A stretch of 64,000 nucleotides of DNA, taken from an uncultured Clostridia bacterium. GTDB lineage: Bacteria > Bacillota > Clostridia > Christensenellales > UBA1242. Location of the stretch: positions 80,694 through 144,693 of the forward strand of contig CAKVHC010000002.1 of the NCBI GenBank assembly GCA_934747805.1. Reading direction: 5' to 3'. Position 1 is the first letter of the stretch. Each line of letters starts with the position of its first letter. Below, piece by piece: positions 1 to 8,325 of this stretch. The notes under the pieces are model-generated. The model was not told the DNA's origin and did no database searches. It saw only the letters and a list, made by a program, of their open reading frames with translations. The translations under genes were made by a program, and so were the position numbers.

Positions 1-120
1 AATAGAGTAGTTGTGTTTGATGAAATATGCGCACAAATGACTAAACGTGCAAATTTATCTATAAACTATTCAACAGACGACGAAGTGGTGGATAAAATAT
101 TGATTAAACTTTGTAAATAA
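1..120 (+). CDS. 3' end of an unidentified CDS (partial, continues upstream of window)
   Basis: Frame 1 is open from base 1 to TAA at 118-120 (...VVVFDEICAQMTKRANLSINYSTDDEVVDKILIKLCK*). The stop lies 2 nt before the next ATG. No family recognised. Confidence 0.35.
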   Translation, partial: NRVVVFDEICAQMTKRANLSINYSTDDEVVDKILIKLCK

Positions 121-122
121 TT

Positions 123-1949
123 ATGATGGAAAAACAAAAGATATTAGATCAATTACAATTATTGGCACTCGGTCGTGCTGAAATGATGAACGAAAATGAA
201 TTGGACGTAGCAGAGTTAAATGCTCTCTATGTTTTGTTTAGGTGGCATTTTAAATCGAGTTGCAACGCTAATCAATGGTTCAGTAGGGACAGACTATTAA
301 TGCCGAACGTGGACAACACCAGTTTGGCAATCGCTCTGTACACCTTCGGCTTTTTAAATTATGATAGTGCATATCTTCCGCTTTCGCCGTCGACGCTGAA
401 AAATTGTGTAGACTTTATCAACGAGTCGCAGTCTGGTCGTGAGATGTTAGGGAATGCTATTGGAATGGCTATTGCGGAAACAGTCTTTGATGAAAAGTTT
501 AGTGCTAAAGAGTTGCCCATTTGCAGCCACAAAACTTTTGCAATGTTAAACGACGACATTATCGACGAAAAGGCGTTAAAGGTGAGCGAATATGCTGTGA
601 GTTTAGCGTTGGACAAACTCACGGTAATCTGCACAACAAAAGACTTTCATTTATATAGAAAGTTTTGCGATATGGGGTGGGACACCCATCGTGTTGACGA
701 CGTGACGGACATAAATGTGCTGAAAGAAAGTTTTGATATGTCTGTGCAAAATAATTTGAAACCTTCAATTATTTTTGTAAAAACTAGCAAAATTCCAGTA
801 AAATTCAAGCGAAATTTGCAACACGAATTAAAAATCGATAAAAACAGTTTGTTGTTGGACGATTTTAATTTAGTCATAGATAAATTCAGAGCCATATTTA
901 ATAATGAATATATCAAGAGCAAAATCCAATTAATAGATTATTCTCATGTGCTTCCTAGTTCGGCGAAAGAGTTGAAAATGGTTCAGTCGGGCAAGCTGCT
1001 AAACTTCGACACAAGCTTTTATGATTATGACATATCTACATATGAATGTTTCGTTGTTTTCCTCAATGAATATCTGTCAAAAAATCGAGCATCAATAGTT
1101 GTATCTAATGAAAAAGACCAACTTAAACTCGATGCCTCAAATGATTATTTTGGCGCAACGACTAGATATGGCACAAAGTTGATTATCAACGAGCCATTCG
1201 ACATAATTAATTCAATTGCAAATGGTCTAGCAATGCATCAGCATATGACCACATTTGTAATCACCAACACGAGCGAGCTTGATTGTGCTAGTTTGAGAGT
1301 TACTGCCAGTCAGCATTTGGGTGTAAAATATTTGGTTTTGGATGACAGCATTCTGACTGGTGGCAAACGTCATTCTGTAGAAGGGTATCTCAATATTTCT
1401 AGACAAAAACGCATGCCTACGAGCGCAGTTTTCAAACCTTGCGATTCAGCAGAAATGTATATGTGCTTTGACCATATTTTGCGTTGGCAAGGCGTGGGCT
1501 TGATGTTCGTTACTAATGGTCAGTTGAAATGCATTAATAAATCAACTTTCAGGGTAAACTGGGGCGCATATTTTATGCAAAACAATGTAAAAAATAGGGA
1601 CGGAATTATTTACAGTTCTGGGTTAGAAATGCGTAACAGTTTGCGAGCTAGGAAACGTCTGATTAAGTATGGTCTAAACTTCTTAACAGTTAGTGTTCCG
1701 TGCGTCGAAGTATTTAAAAAACAGCCAGCACACTATTGTTCTCAATTAAAGCCAAATGATAATGATATCGTGCTAATAGTGGATAGCTTGGCAAACAAGA
1801 ATTCGAATGTTTTTTACGGCAAGAATACCACATTAATTACAGTTGAAGAGAACGATGATATCAACTCAGCAAAGCAAAAATTTTCTATAGACAGCATAGT
1901 TAAAACTGTCATTGAACTGTGTAAAAACAAAGATAAAAAAACGGAATAA
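123..1949 (+). CDS. Transketolase-family protein with degenerate cofactor/active-site motifs (possible pseudoenzyme)
   Basis: 608 aa, colinear with transketolase: RDRLLMPNVDNTS (cf. RDRFVLSNGHGS), LGNAIGMAIAE (cf. LGQGIANAVGMAIAE), HKTFAMLNDDIIDEK (cf. HYTYAFMGDGCMMEG), LDDSILTGGKRHSVEG (cf. THDSIGLGEDGPTHQP), FKPCDSAE (cf. WRPCDQVE). Canonical motifs are recalled from E. coli TktA. Confidence 0.6.
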   Translation: MMEKQKILDQLQLLALGRAEMMNENELDVAELNALYVLFRWHFKSSCNANQWFSRDRLLMPNVDNTSLAIALYTFGFLNYDSAYLPLSPSTLKNCVDFINESQSGREMLGNAIGMAIAETVFDEKFSAKELPICSHKTFAMLNDDIIDEKALKVSEYAVSLALDKLTVICTTKDFHLYRKFCDMGWDTHRVDDVTDINVLKESFDMSVQNNLKPSIIFVKTSKIPVKFKRNLQHELKIDKNSLLLDDFNLVIDKFRAIFNNEYIKSKIQLIDYSHVLPSSAKELKMVQSGKLLNFDTSFYDYDISTYECFVVFLNEYLSKNRASIVVSNEKDQLKLDASNDYFGATTRYGTKLIINEPFDIINSIANGLAMHQHMTTFVITNTSELDCASLRVTASQHLGVKYLVLDDSILTGGKRHSVEGYLNISRQKRMPTSAVFKPCDSAEMYMCFDHILRWQGVGLMFVTNGQLKCINKSTFRVNWGAYFMQNNVKNRDGIIYSSGLEMRNSLRARKRLIKYGLNFLTVSVPCVEVFKKQPAHYCSQLKPNDNDIVLIVDSLANKNSNVFYGKNTTLITVEENDDINSAKQKFSIDSIVKTVIELCKNKDKKTE

Positions 1950-1975
1950 TTAATCAAAAAAAACAAAATAAAAAA

Positions 1976-1996
1976 GCGACATTATCGTCGCTTTTT
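1976..1996 (+). terminator. Intrinsic terminator after transketolase-like gene
   Basis: gcgac-attatc-gtcgc stem-loop followed by TTTTT. Confidence 0.7.
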
Positions 1997-2205
1997 ATTT
2001 GAGTGGTTTTTCGCCACATGTGAAGTATTTACTTCACATTATTAATTTGTGAAAAAAAATTAAAAATATTCATAAAATATACTAAAATTTAATAAAAAAT
2101 GCGTTTTTTCACGCATTTTTTATAGGATTTATAAAAATATTAAGCGATTTATTAAATTATTTTTTATTAAATTCTAATAAATTATTTAATTTTTTAATAA
2201 TTATT
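1997..2205. other. Extreme-AT island A (convergent intergenic)
   Basis: By my count only 1 G/C in the 60-nt line 2161-2220. Carries the 16-mer ttaatttgtgaaaaaa at 2042-2057, also present at 11815-11830. Confidence 0.8.
2098..2121. terminator. Bidirectional-type hairpin terminator in convergent gap (serves nifJ and/or upstream gene)
   Basis: aatgcgt-tttttc-acgcatt flanked by an A-run upstream and a T-run downstream. Confidence 0.55.
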
Positions 2206-5200
2206 TTATTTAATAAATTTTTTATAATTTTCACGTCTAGCAAAGGCATCTTGTTCACACATTTTTTGCAAGATTTCCGCTTGTTCAGGTTCGGCACGCT
2301 TTAGTGCTGAAAAACGGTTCTCGGTTTGTAAAAATTCTTGCATCGTAATGGTTGGATCTGGTGAGTCAATTTGCATTTTATGTTCGCTTCTTGGATCATA
2401 TCTAAACAAGGTTAAATAGCCTGAAGAAACTGCGAGCTTTTGATGTAAGTTTGCGTTCTGCATATCGATGCCGTGATTGATGCAAGGAGCATATGCGAAT
2501 ATGATGCTTGGGCCGTCGAAACTCTCTGCTTCGACAAATGCACGCATCAATTGATTTGGATCTGCACCAAGACAAACATTTGCCACATAGACGTCGCCAT
2601 AACTCATGGCAATCATAGGCAAATCTTTTTTCTTAGTTTGCTTGCCATCTGCGCTAAATTTTGCCATTGCACCACGTGGAGTAGATTTGCTCGTCTGACC
2701 ACCAGTGTTGCTGTAAACTTCTGTGTCAAGTACTAAGATATTTACGTTCTCGCCTGATGCTAAAACGTGGTCAAGTCCGCCAAAGCCAATGTCGTAAGCC
2801 CAGCCGTCGCCGCCGATTATCCAAATGCTTGGTTTAACCATGAGGTTGGAACTTTGTATCCATTTTTCTTTTGGACCCAGTTTCAATTCCTGAAGCTGTT
2901 CATAACACTTTTCGCTAATGCCAGCATCTTCGCTATTGGCAACGAATTTGTCTACAATATTTTTCACTTCAGGTGAAAGAGAAGTTTCGTTCTTAAGTCG
3001 ATCGATAAAGCACTTCCTTGCGTTCTTGCGACCTAGAGCTATTCCGAGCCCGTATTCAGCGTTGTCTTCAAACAAACTGTTTGCCCATGCCGGTCCTCGT
3101 CCTTGTTCGTCCTTTGCATATGGGCAGCTAGGGAATGACGCAGAGTAAATGCTGCTGCAGCCTGTTGCGTTGGCAACAATCATTCGGTTGCCGAATAGTT
3201 GGCTCACAAGTTTGATGTATGGAGTTTCGCCACATCCGGCACACGCACCGCTAAACTCGAAATAACTCTTTTCAAATTGACTGCCTTTCACACTAGTGCG
3301 GTCATAAGGATTGGCTGATTTGATTTTGTTAAAGCTATTGTATTTTTCGAGTTCGCTATTTACACATTCAACATAAGGACGCATTTGCAGTGCTTTTTGT
3401 TTGGCTGGGCAGACCTGTGCACACAGTCCACAGCCTGTGCAGTCAAGCGGACTGACTTGCAAAACGAATTTTCCGTCAGCGCCGAACGCATTTCTTTGTG
3501 CCAAACAACTGTCAATTTCTTCACCATTTTTCACAAACTTTGGTCTAATGGCAGAATGTGGACAAACAAATGAACAGCGATTGCACTGAATGCAGTTTTC
3601 ACTAATCCAACAAGGCAATTTGTCTGCAATGCCTCGTTTTTCCAGTTTCGCCGTGTCAGTTGGCATGCTGCCATCCGCATTGAATGTTGAAACCTTGATT
3701 TTGTTTCCCTGACAACTAGCGATTGGCTGCATAATGTCTGTGTAGAATGCCGATTTTCCTTTAGTTTTTTGAGTAGTGGCGTATTCAACCTTGTCATAAT
3801 CCACTTTTTGCAGTAGTCCACGAGCTTTTTCCAGTGCAGAAATGTTGATATTCACCACATCCGAGCCTTTCTTGGCCAATGTTTTCATGATAGAGTTCTT
3901 CAACTCGAGCAGTGCAATCTTGGAGTCAAATTTTCCATTTAGGGCAAAGAACCCTGCAAGCATTATGTTGTTGATTTTGTTGTTCAATCCACATTCGTGG
4001 GCGAGTGTGGTGGCATCAAGCGTGTAGAAATGCACATTTTTTGCCCTTAATGACTCAATTAATTCACGGCTGATAGGTGACTTTGGTGGCATATTTGCCA
4101 GAATTACACCACCGTCCTTAATATACTCGCCATATGGGAACTTGTTTACAAATGCGGAGTTGTTTATCATTAAGAAGTCCACTTTCGCCGAGTTGAAGCT
4201 GTCTATAATAGGTTGGTCGTCTAGACGAATATGGCTAGTTGTCATACTGCCAGATTTTTTGCTGTCGTATTCAAAATAGCCTTGCGAGTATTTGCCAGTG
4301 ATTTTTGACAAAATCTTGCCCAACGTTTTAGAAGCCGACACGCTGCCGTCACTGCCGATGCCATAAATTCGTACGCAATATTGGCTGTCATCCGCCTGAT
4401 AAGAGTTTTCAACCTCAAGCGAGTTGCCACTCAAGTCGTCATCAATGCCCACGCTGAAACGTATTTTGCCGTCCTTGCGCATATTATCATATACGGCATT
4501 TGCCATATTCACGTCGAATTCTTTGCCACCCAGTCCATAGACACCGGCAAACAACTTGGCTTTGATGCCCTGATTGTGACATGCATTCAAAACGGCGTTA
4601 TACAGGCTGTCAGCATTAACGAAATCGGCATTTCGATCGAGAATAGTTATGTTTTTCACTGTCTTAGGCAAGATTTCAGCCAAGCGTTTTTCATCAAACG
4701 GAGCGAACAATCTAATTTGCACAACACCGCATTTTTCACGTTTTTTGCAGGCAAGCACGCAGCTAGACGTAGACGAGCCAAGCGTTACAATTACGTTTTC
4801 GGCCTTAGGGTCGCCAACATAATCGAGAGTATGATAGCTCTTGCCAGTCAACTCATTAATTTTTTCCAATGCGGAATTAAAGTTTTCTATAACATTATTA
4901 TAGGCAGGCGCACTTGCCATGCGGTTTTGGAAAAACACATCAGGGTTCTGAGCTGTGCCTTTGCAAATAGGTTTGATAGGATTCAAGCCTTCGCTTCGGA
5001 ATGCATCCACAAGTGACATCGGCAACGCCGACTTGATTTCTTCTGGTGTGAATTGGTCAATGGTGTTGAGTTCGTGGCTCGTTCTAAAACCGTCAAAGAA
5101 AACTACGAATGGCAGACGACTATTGAGTGCACAGATTTGCGTCGCAAGTGCCAGGTCGTTTACTTCTTGCACACTGTCACAGACGACAAAGTTGTATCCA

Positions 5201-5601
5201 GTCTTTAGGCAGGCGTAAATGTCACCGTGATCGCAAAAAATGTTGAGCGCATGCGTTGCCACACTGCGAGAAGCCACGTACATAACATTAGGCAAATGCT
5301 CACCTGCGATTTTGTACATATTAGGAATCATCAATAGCAGCCCTTGACTAGACGTGAATGTGGTGGCGAGCTGTCCGCTGGTGAGAGCCCCATGCATTGC
5401 TCCGCTAGCGCCAGCTTCACTCTGCATTTCGGTGATAGTCATAGTGTTGCCGAATGCGTTGGGCACCTTTTCGCTGCGCATCAAGTCGCAACTCTCACTC
5501 ATGCTACTGCTAGGAGTAATAGGGTATATAAATGCACTATCGTTGCATTGATAAGCGATATGCGATGCGGCAGTATTGCCGTCAACTGTGATTCTTTTCA
5601 T
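2206..5601 (-). CDS. nifJ: Pyruvate:ferredoxin (flavodoxin) oxidoreductase, single-chain PFOR
   Basis: N-terminus KRITVDGNTAASHIAYQCNDSAFIYPITPSS. Two ferredoxin-type CxxCxxCxxxCP motifs (CIQCNRCSFVCP, CTGCGLCAQVCP). TPP-domain GGDGWAYDIGFGGLDH. I prefer the second ATG (5601) because AAGGA sits 6 nt upstream of it. The ORF track starts at 5607. Confidence 0.95.
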   Translation of the reverse strand: MKRITVDGNTAASHIAYQCNDSAFIYPITPSSSMSESCDLMRSEKVPNAFGNTMTITEMQSEAGASGAMHGALTSGQLATTFTSSQGLLLMIPNMYKIAGEHLPNVMYVASRSVATHALNIFCDHGDIYACLKTGYNFVVCDSVQEVNDLALATQICALNSRLPFVVFFDGFRTSHELNTIDQFTPEEIKSALPMSLVDAFRSEGLNPIKPICKGTAQNPDVFFQNRMASAPAYNNVIENFNSALEKINELTGKSYHTLDYVGDPKAENVIVTLGSSTSSCVLACKKREKCGVVQIRLFAPFDEKRLAEILPKTVKNITILDRNADFVNADSLYNAVLNACHNQGIKAKLFAGVYGLGGKEFDVNMANAVYDNMRKDGKIRFSVGIDDDLSGNSLEVENSYQADDSQYCVRIYGIGSDGSVSASKTLGKILSKITGKYSQGYFEYDSKKSGSMTTSHIRLDDQPIIDSFNSAKVDFLMINNSAFVNKFPYGEYIKDGGVILANMPPKSPISRELIESLRAKNVHFYTLDATTLAHECGLNNKINNIMLAGFFALNGKFDSKIALLELKNSIMKTLAKKGSDVVNINISALEKARGLLQKVDYDKVEYATTQKTKGKSAFYTDIMQPIASCQGNKIKVSTFNADGSMPTDTAKLEKRGIADKLPCWISENCIQCNRCSFVCPHSAIRPKFVKNGEEIDSCLAQRNAFGADGKFVLQVSPLDCTGCGLCAQVCPAKQKALQMRPYVECVNSELEKYNSFNKIKSANPYDRTSVKGSQFEKSYFEFSGACAGCGETPYIKLVSQLFGNRMIVANATGCSSIYSASFPSCPYAKDEQGRGPAWANSLFEDNAEYGLGIALGRKNARKCFIDRLKNETSLSPEVKNIVDKFVANSEDAGISEKCYEQLQELKLGPKEKWIQSSNLMVKPSIWIIGGDGWAYDIGFGGLDHVLASGENVNILVLDTEVYSNTGGQTSKSTPRGAMAKFSADGKQTKKKDLPMIAMSYGDVYVANVCLGADPNQLMRAFVEAESFDGPSIIFAYAPCINHGIDMQNANLHQKLAVSSGYLTLFRYDPRSEHKMQIDSPDPTITMQEFLQTENRFSALKRAEPEQAEILQKMCEQDAFARRENYKKFIK

Positions 5602-5632
5602 AAACATTCCTTTATATGTAGATTTACAAATA

Positions 5633-5661
5633 AGTGTATATATATTGGCTCAAAAAGTCAA
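5633..5661 (-). promoter_or_regulatory. Sigma-70-type promoter for nifJ
   Basis: On the minus strand: TTGACT (5661-5656), 17 nt, TACACT (5638-5633). The leader of about 30 nt contains AAGGA. Confidence 0.5.
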
Positions 5662-5675
5662 ATGTTACAATCGCT

Positions 5676-5703
5676 TTGCAAACTTTTTTTGTTATGTTAT
5701 AAT
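5676..5703 (+). promoter_or_regulatory. Promoter of truA placed for a leaderless transcript
   Basis: TTGCAA (5676-5681), 16 nt, TGtTATAAT (-10 at 5698-5703), 5 nt, ATG at 5709. No usable SD. Confidence 0.6.
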
Positions 5704-5708
5704 AAGGT

Positions 5709-6443
5709 ATGAGATATTTACTACAGTTGGCCTACAAAGGCACAAATTTTAGCGGTTATCAACGTCAACCAGACAAACGCACCGTTCAGGGTGTGCTGGA
5801 AGATGCGATTAATAAGGTTTTTGGTGAAGAAATAGTCAGTTTTGCTTCTGGCAGAACGGATGCAGGCGTGCACGCTCTGGGACAAATGGTGCATTTCGAT
5901 AGCGACAAGTTAATCGATTTTTCCAGTCTTAAATATTCGCTCAATTCCCTTTTGCCGGACGATGTTAGGGTGGTAAAGATTATTGACGGCGGTCAATTGC
6001 ATGCTCGCTATTCCGCCAAGCATAAACGTTATGGCTACACCTTTTATGTGGACGATTGCGAACGTGTCATGCTCGTCGACCGTGCGTATTTTGTCTATGG
6101 TGACTTGAACGTGCGTTTGATGAGGCGTGCGTGTAGGCTTTTCAAGGGCGAGCATGATTTCAAGTCCTTTCAGGCCACAGGCAGCACGGCAAAAACGACC
6201 GTGCGCACAATCTACGATTGCCGAATTGTGTATGACCGAATGAATGACACCTATCGCATCGAGGTGGAAGGCAATGGCTTTCTATATAAAATGGTGCGTT
6301 TTATCGCAGGTAGCCTTATCAAAGTGGGCAAAGGCAAACTCTCACTTGAACAACTGAAAGACGCTCTTGACGGCGGAGACCTGCCAAAAAACATTGTCCT
6401 GCCATCCCATGCACTCACTCTTTTAAACGTAAAATACGACTAA
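5709..6443 (+). CDS. truA: tRNA pseudouridine(38-40) synthase TruA
   Basis: MRYLLQLAYKGTNFSGYQRQP...GRTDAGVHALGQ catalytic Asp motif; 244 aa. Confidence 0.93.
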   Translation: MRYLLQLAYKGTNFSGYQRQPDKRTVQGVLEDAINKVFGEEIVSFASGRTDAGVHALGQMVHFDSDKLIDFSSLKYSLNSLLPDDVRVVKIIDGGQLHARYSAKHKRYGYTFYVDDCERVMLVDRAYFVYGDLNVRLMRRACRLFKGEHDFKSFQATGSTAKTTVRTIYDCRIVYDRMNDTYRIEVEGNGFLYKMVRFIAGSLIKVGKGKLSLEQLKDALDGGDLPKNIVLPSHALTLLNVKYD

Positions 6444-6468
6444 CACGGCAACTCTCGCCGTGTTTTTT
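6444..6468 (+). terminator. Intrinsic terminator after truA
   Basis: cacggc-aactctc-gccgtg followed by TTTTTT. Confidence 0.8.
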
Positions 6469-6486
6469 GTTAAACTGAAATGCATT

Positions 6487-6957
6487 AATGACGGATAAAA
6501 CGACAAATTGCTCCAAAATAAACAATTTGGTCAGATTTCGATACTTATTGGGTAATTGATGAGAAAATAAACAATGGTTATCCAATGTTGAAAAAAAATT
6601 ATTCAAGTCGCCAAAGTAACAGGCTTTTAAGGAAAAGCTAGTGCATATCACCCATACCTTGTTAAAACGCACCAAGACTTATTGGGTGTAGTTGGCAGAG
6701 TGCTGGCAGACGGATATTTGCGAGACTGCAACCTTAGCGGAAGCATAATCGGCGTGCTTAACACCAAAGCGACCAATGAGTGCAGCGGCGTAGTGGGTAA
6801 GTAAGAAATAAATGGTGCGATTGACTGCACAACTACCTACACCGAACTTAAATATGCCAAGATTGGTGGCACTACTGAATCACCAACTTATACATACTAT
6901 CTGTACGATTGGACATACATCACAACCACTTTGTACAACAAAAAGGTGCAGGCGTAA
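6487..6957 (+). pseudogene. Decayed fragment of a surface-protein gene, paralogous in motif content to the N-terminal domain of the 3,239-aa protein
   Basis: No intact ORF, but three plus-strand frames give characteristic pieces broken by stops: ...TNCSKINNLV..., ...INNGYPMLKKN..., SAYHPYLVKTHQDLLGVVGRVLADGYLRDCNLSGSIIGVLNTKATNECSGVVGK*, GAIDCTTTYTELKYAKIGGTTESP.... Compare EPYLIQSASDL, IGGIVGLSGGSDVSDCYSRGSI and VNDGLPV in the giant ORF. Confidence 0.5.
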
Positions 6958-7083
6958 ATATCGTTTTCCATTGTGTGCGGTCAGCGTTTTCAAAGGCTAA
7001 GATGCGACAATTAAACGTGTGAAAACTATAATATCGTAGCGCATAAAAAATGCAAAATTGCGACACATTTTCAAAAAATACGC

Positions 7084-7112
7084 TTGACACACGGACGGAT
7101 TTATTATATAAT
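7084..7112 (+). promoter_or_regulatory. Consensus sigma-70 promoter of rplM-rpsI
   Basis: TTGACA (7084-7089), 17 nt, TATAAT (7107-7112). Leaves a 5' leader of about 75 nt before the GGGAG SD. Confidence 0.8.
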
Positions 7113-7192
7113 AACAAACGAATTGATAATCTTAGTTTAGGTATCCACACGCTTAAAGGGGGATTTAGGTTCAAATTTTTAGGGAGAAAAAT

Positions 7193-7633
7193 ATGAATAC
7201 TATTTCAGCAAACAAATCGACCGTCAACAAGAAATGGTACATCATTGATGCTAATGGCAAAGTTTTGGGCCGTGTTGCAAGCGAAGCAGCAGCTATTCTT
7301 CGTGGCAAGCACAAAACCAACTTCACACCAAACGTGGATTGTGGCGACTATGTCATCATCATTAATAGTGACAAAGCTGTTTTGACTGGCGATAAACTTA
7401 CACAGAAAAATTTTAAAACATATTCAGGATATGTAGGCGGACTTAAACTTACTCCATATAAGACAATGATGGCAGAGAAATCTGACGTTGCAATGTTGAG
7501 AGCAGTTAGAGGAATGCTTCCAAAGAACTCACTTGGACGTAAAATGTTGACACACTGTCACGTTTACAAAGACGAAAAGCACGACCAAGAAGCACAAAAA
7601 CCAGAAGTATGGACATTGAAGGGGGATAAATAA
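7193..7633 (+). CDS. rplM: 50S ribosomal protein L13
   Basis: [29 protein letters not shown]...; 146 aa; strong SD. Confidence 0.97.
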   Translation: MNTISANKSTVNKKWYIIDANGKVLGRVASEAAAILRGKHKTNFTPNVDCGDYVIIINSDKAVLTGDKLTQKNFKTYSGYVGGLKLTPYKTMMAEKSDVAMLRAVRGMLPKNSLGRKMLTHCHVYKDEKHDQEAQKPEVWTLKGDK

Positions 7634-7635
7634 TC

Positions 7636-8214
7636 ATGTCAGAAGAAATTAAGACTGTTGAAACTAGTGAAGAACTAGTTGAAAAGAAAGCCCCTGCAAA
7701 GCGTACACGCAAGACTGCAGTTAAGGCTGAAGCAGAAGTTGCTGCTACTGAAACTGTAGAAGTTGCACCAAAGGCTAAGAAAGCCCCTGTAAAGAAAACT
7801 ACTAGCAAGAAAGTGGCTACAAACAAAGAACAAGTTTTCTGCGCAACTGGTAAACGTAAACGTTCAATCGCAAGAGTGCGTTTGACTGTCGGCACTGGCA
7901 AGATTACAATCAATGGCAGAGATATTGAAGAATATTTGCCACTTGCCACTCTTCGTATCGTCGCTCGTCAACCATTGACATTGACTGGCACTGACAAGAG
8001 TGTTGACGTTGAAGCCAACATCGTTGGTGGCGGTTTCACAGGTCAAGCAGGCGCATTGCGTCACGGCATTACACGTGCTTTGATGCTTTACAACCCAACT
8101 TTGAGAACTGAACTTAAGAAAGCAGGCTTCGTAACTCGTGATGCTCGCATTAAGGAACGTAAGAAGTACGGTTTGAAGAAAGCTCGTAAAGCTCCACAAT
8201 TCAGCAAACGTTAA
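7636..8214 (+). CDS. rpsI: 30S ribosomal protein S9 with an N-terminal Lys/Ala-rich extension of about 65 aa
   Basis: C-terminal 125 aa is canonical S9 ([14 protein letters not shown]...[19 protein letters not shown]...[12 protein letters not shown]). The ATG at 7636 has SD GGGGGA and follows the rplM stop by 2 nt. No internal ATG lies before the S9 core. Confidence 0.93.
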   Translation: MSEEIKTVETSEELVEKKAPAKRTRKTAVKAEAEVAATETVEVAPKAKKAPVKKTTSKKVATNKEQVFCATGKRKRSIARVRLTVGTGKITINGRDIEEYLPLATLRIVARQPLTLTGTDKSVDVEANIVGGGFTGQAGALRHGITRALMLYNPTLRTELKKAGFVTRDARIKERKKYGLKKARKAPQFSKR

Positions 8215-8227
8215 TATGAACAAAAAA

Positions 8228-8253
8228 GAGTGTATTCTTACACTCTTTTTTTT
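8228..8253 (+). terminator. Intrinsic terminator after rpsI
   Basis: gagtgta-ttct-tacactc followed by a T8 run. Confidence 0.85.
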
Positions 8254-8325
8254 GTCATAATTTACACTCGTTTTATAGTATTATACGCAATCGAATCTTT
8301 ATCCGATAATTAAATAACTGTCCGT

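Noticed and set aside
2018-2039. Second hairpin atgtgaagt-attt-acttcacat in the convergent gap, considered as an additional terminator or small RNA.
   Set aside because: It has a good stem, but it is followed only by an interrupted T/A run, and two better terminators flank it. It may be a decoy or part of island A. There is not enough evidence for a separate feature.
4381-5016. Long antisense ORFs inside well-supported genes: 4381-5016 in nifJ, 12215-12742 in recX, 32080-32694 in clpC, 37057-37578 in obg, 56938-57468 in der, 51646-52089 across parC/DUF368, 7506-7949 across rplM/rpsI, 61730-62179 in the AKKP gene.
   Set aside because: Each lies opposite a gene with unmistakable family motifs. 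They have no SD or promoter and give low-complexity or nonsensical products. This is typical shadow-ORF behaviour.
7141-7149. DnaA-box-like gtatccaca in the rplM leader.
   Set aside because: It is a single 8/9 match with no cluster, no adjacent dnaA/dnaN and no AT-rich unwinding element. Most likely chance.
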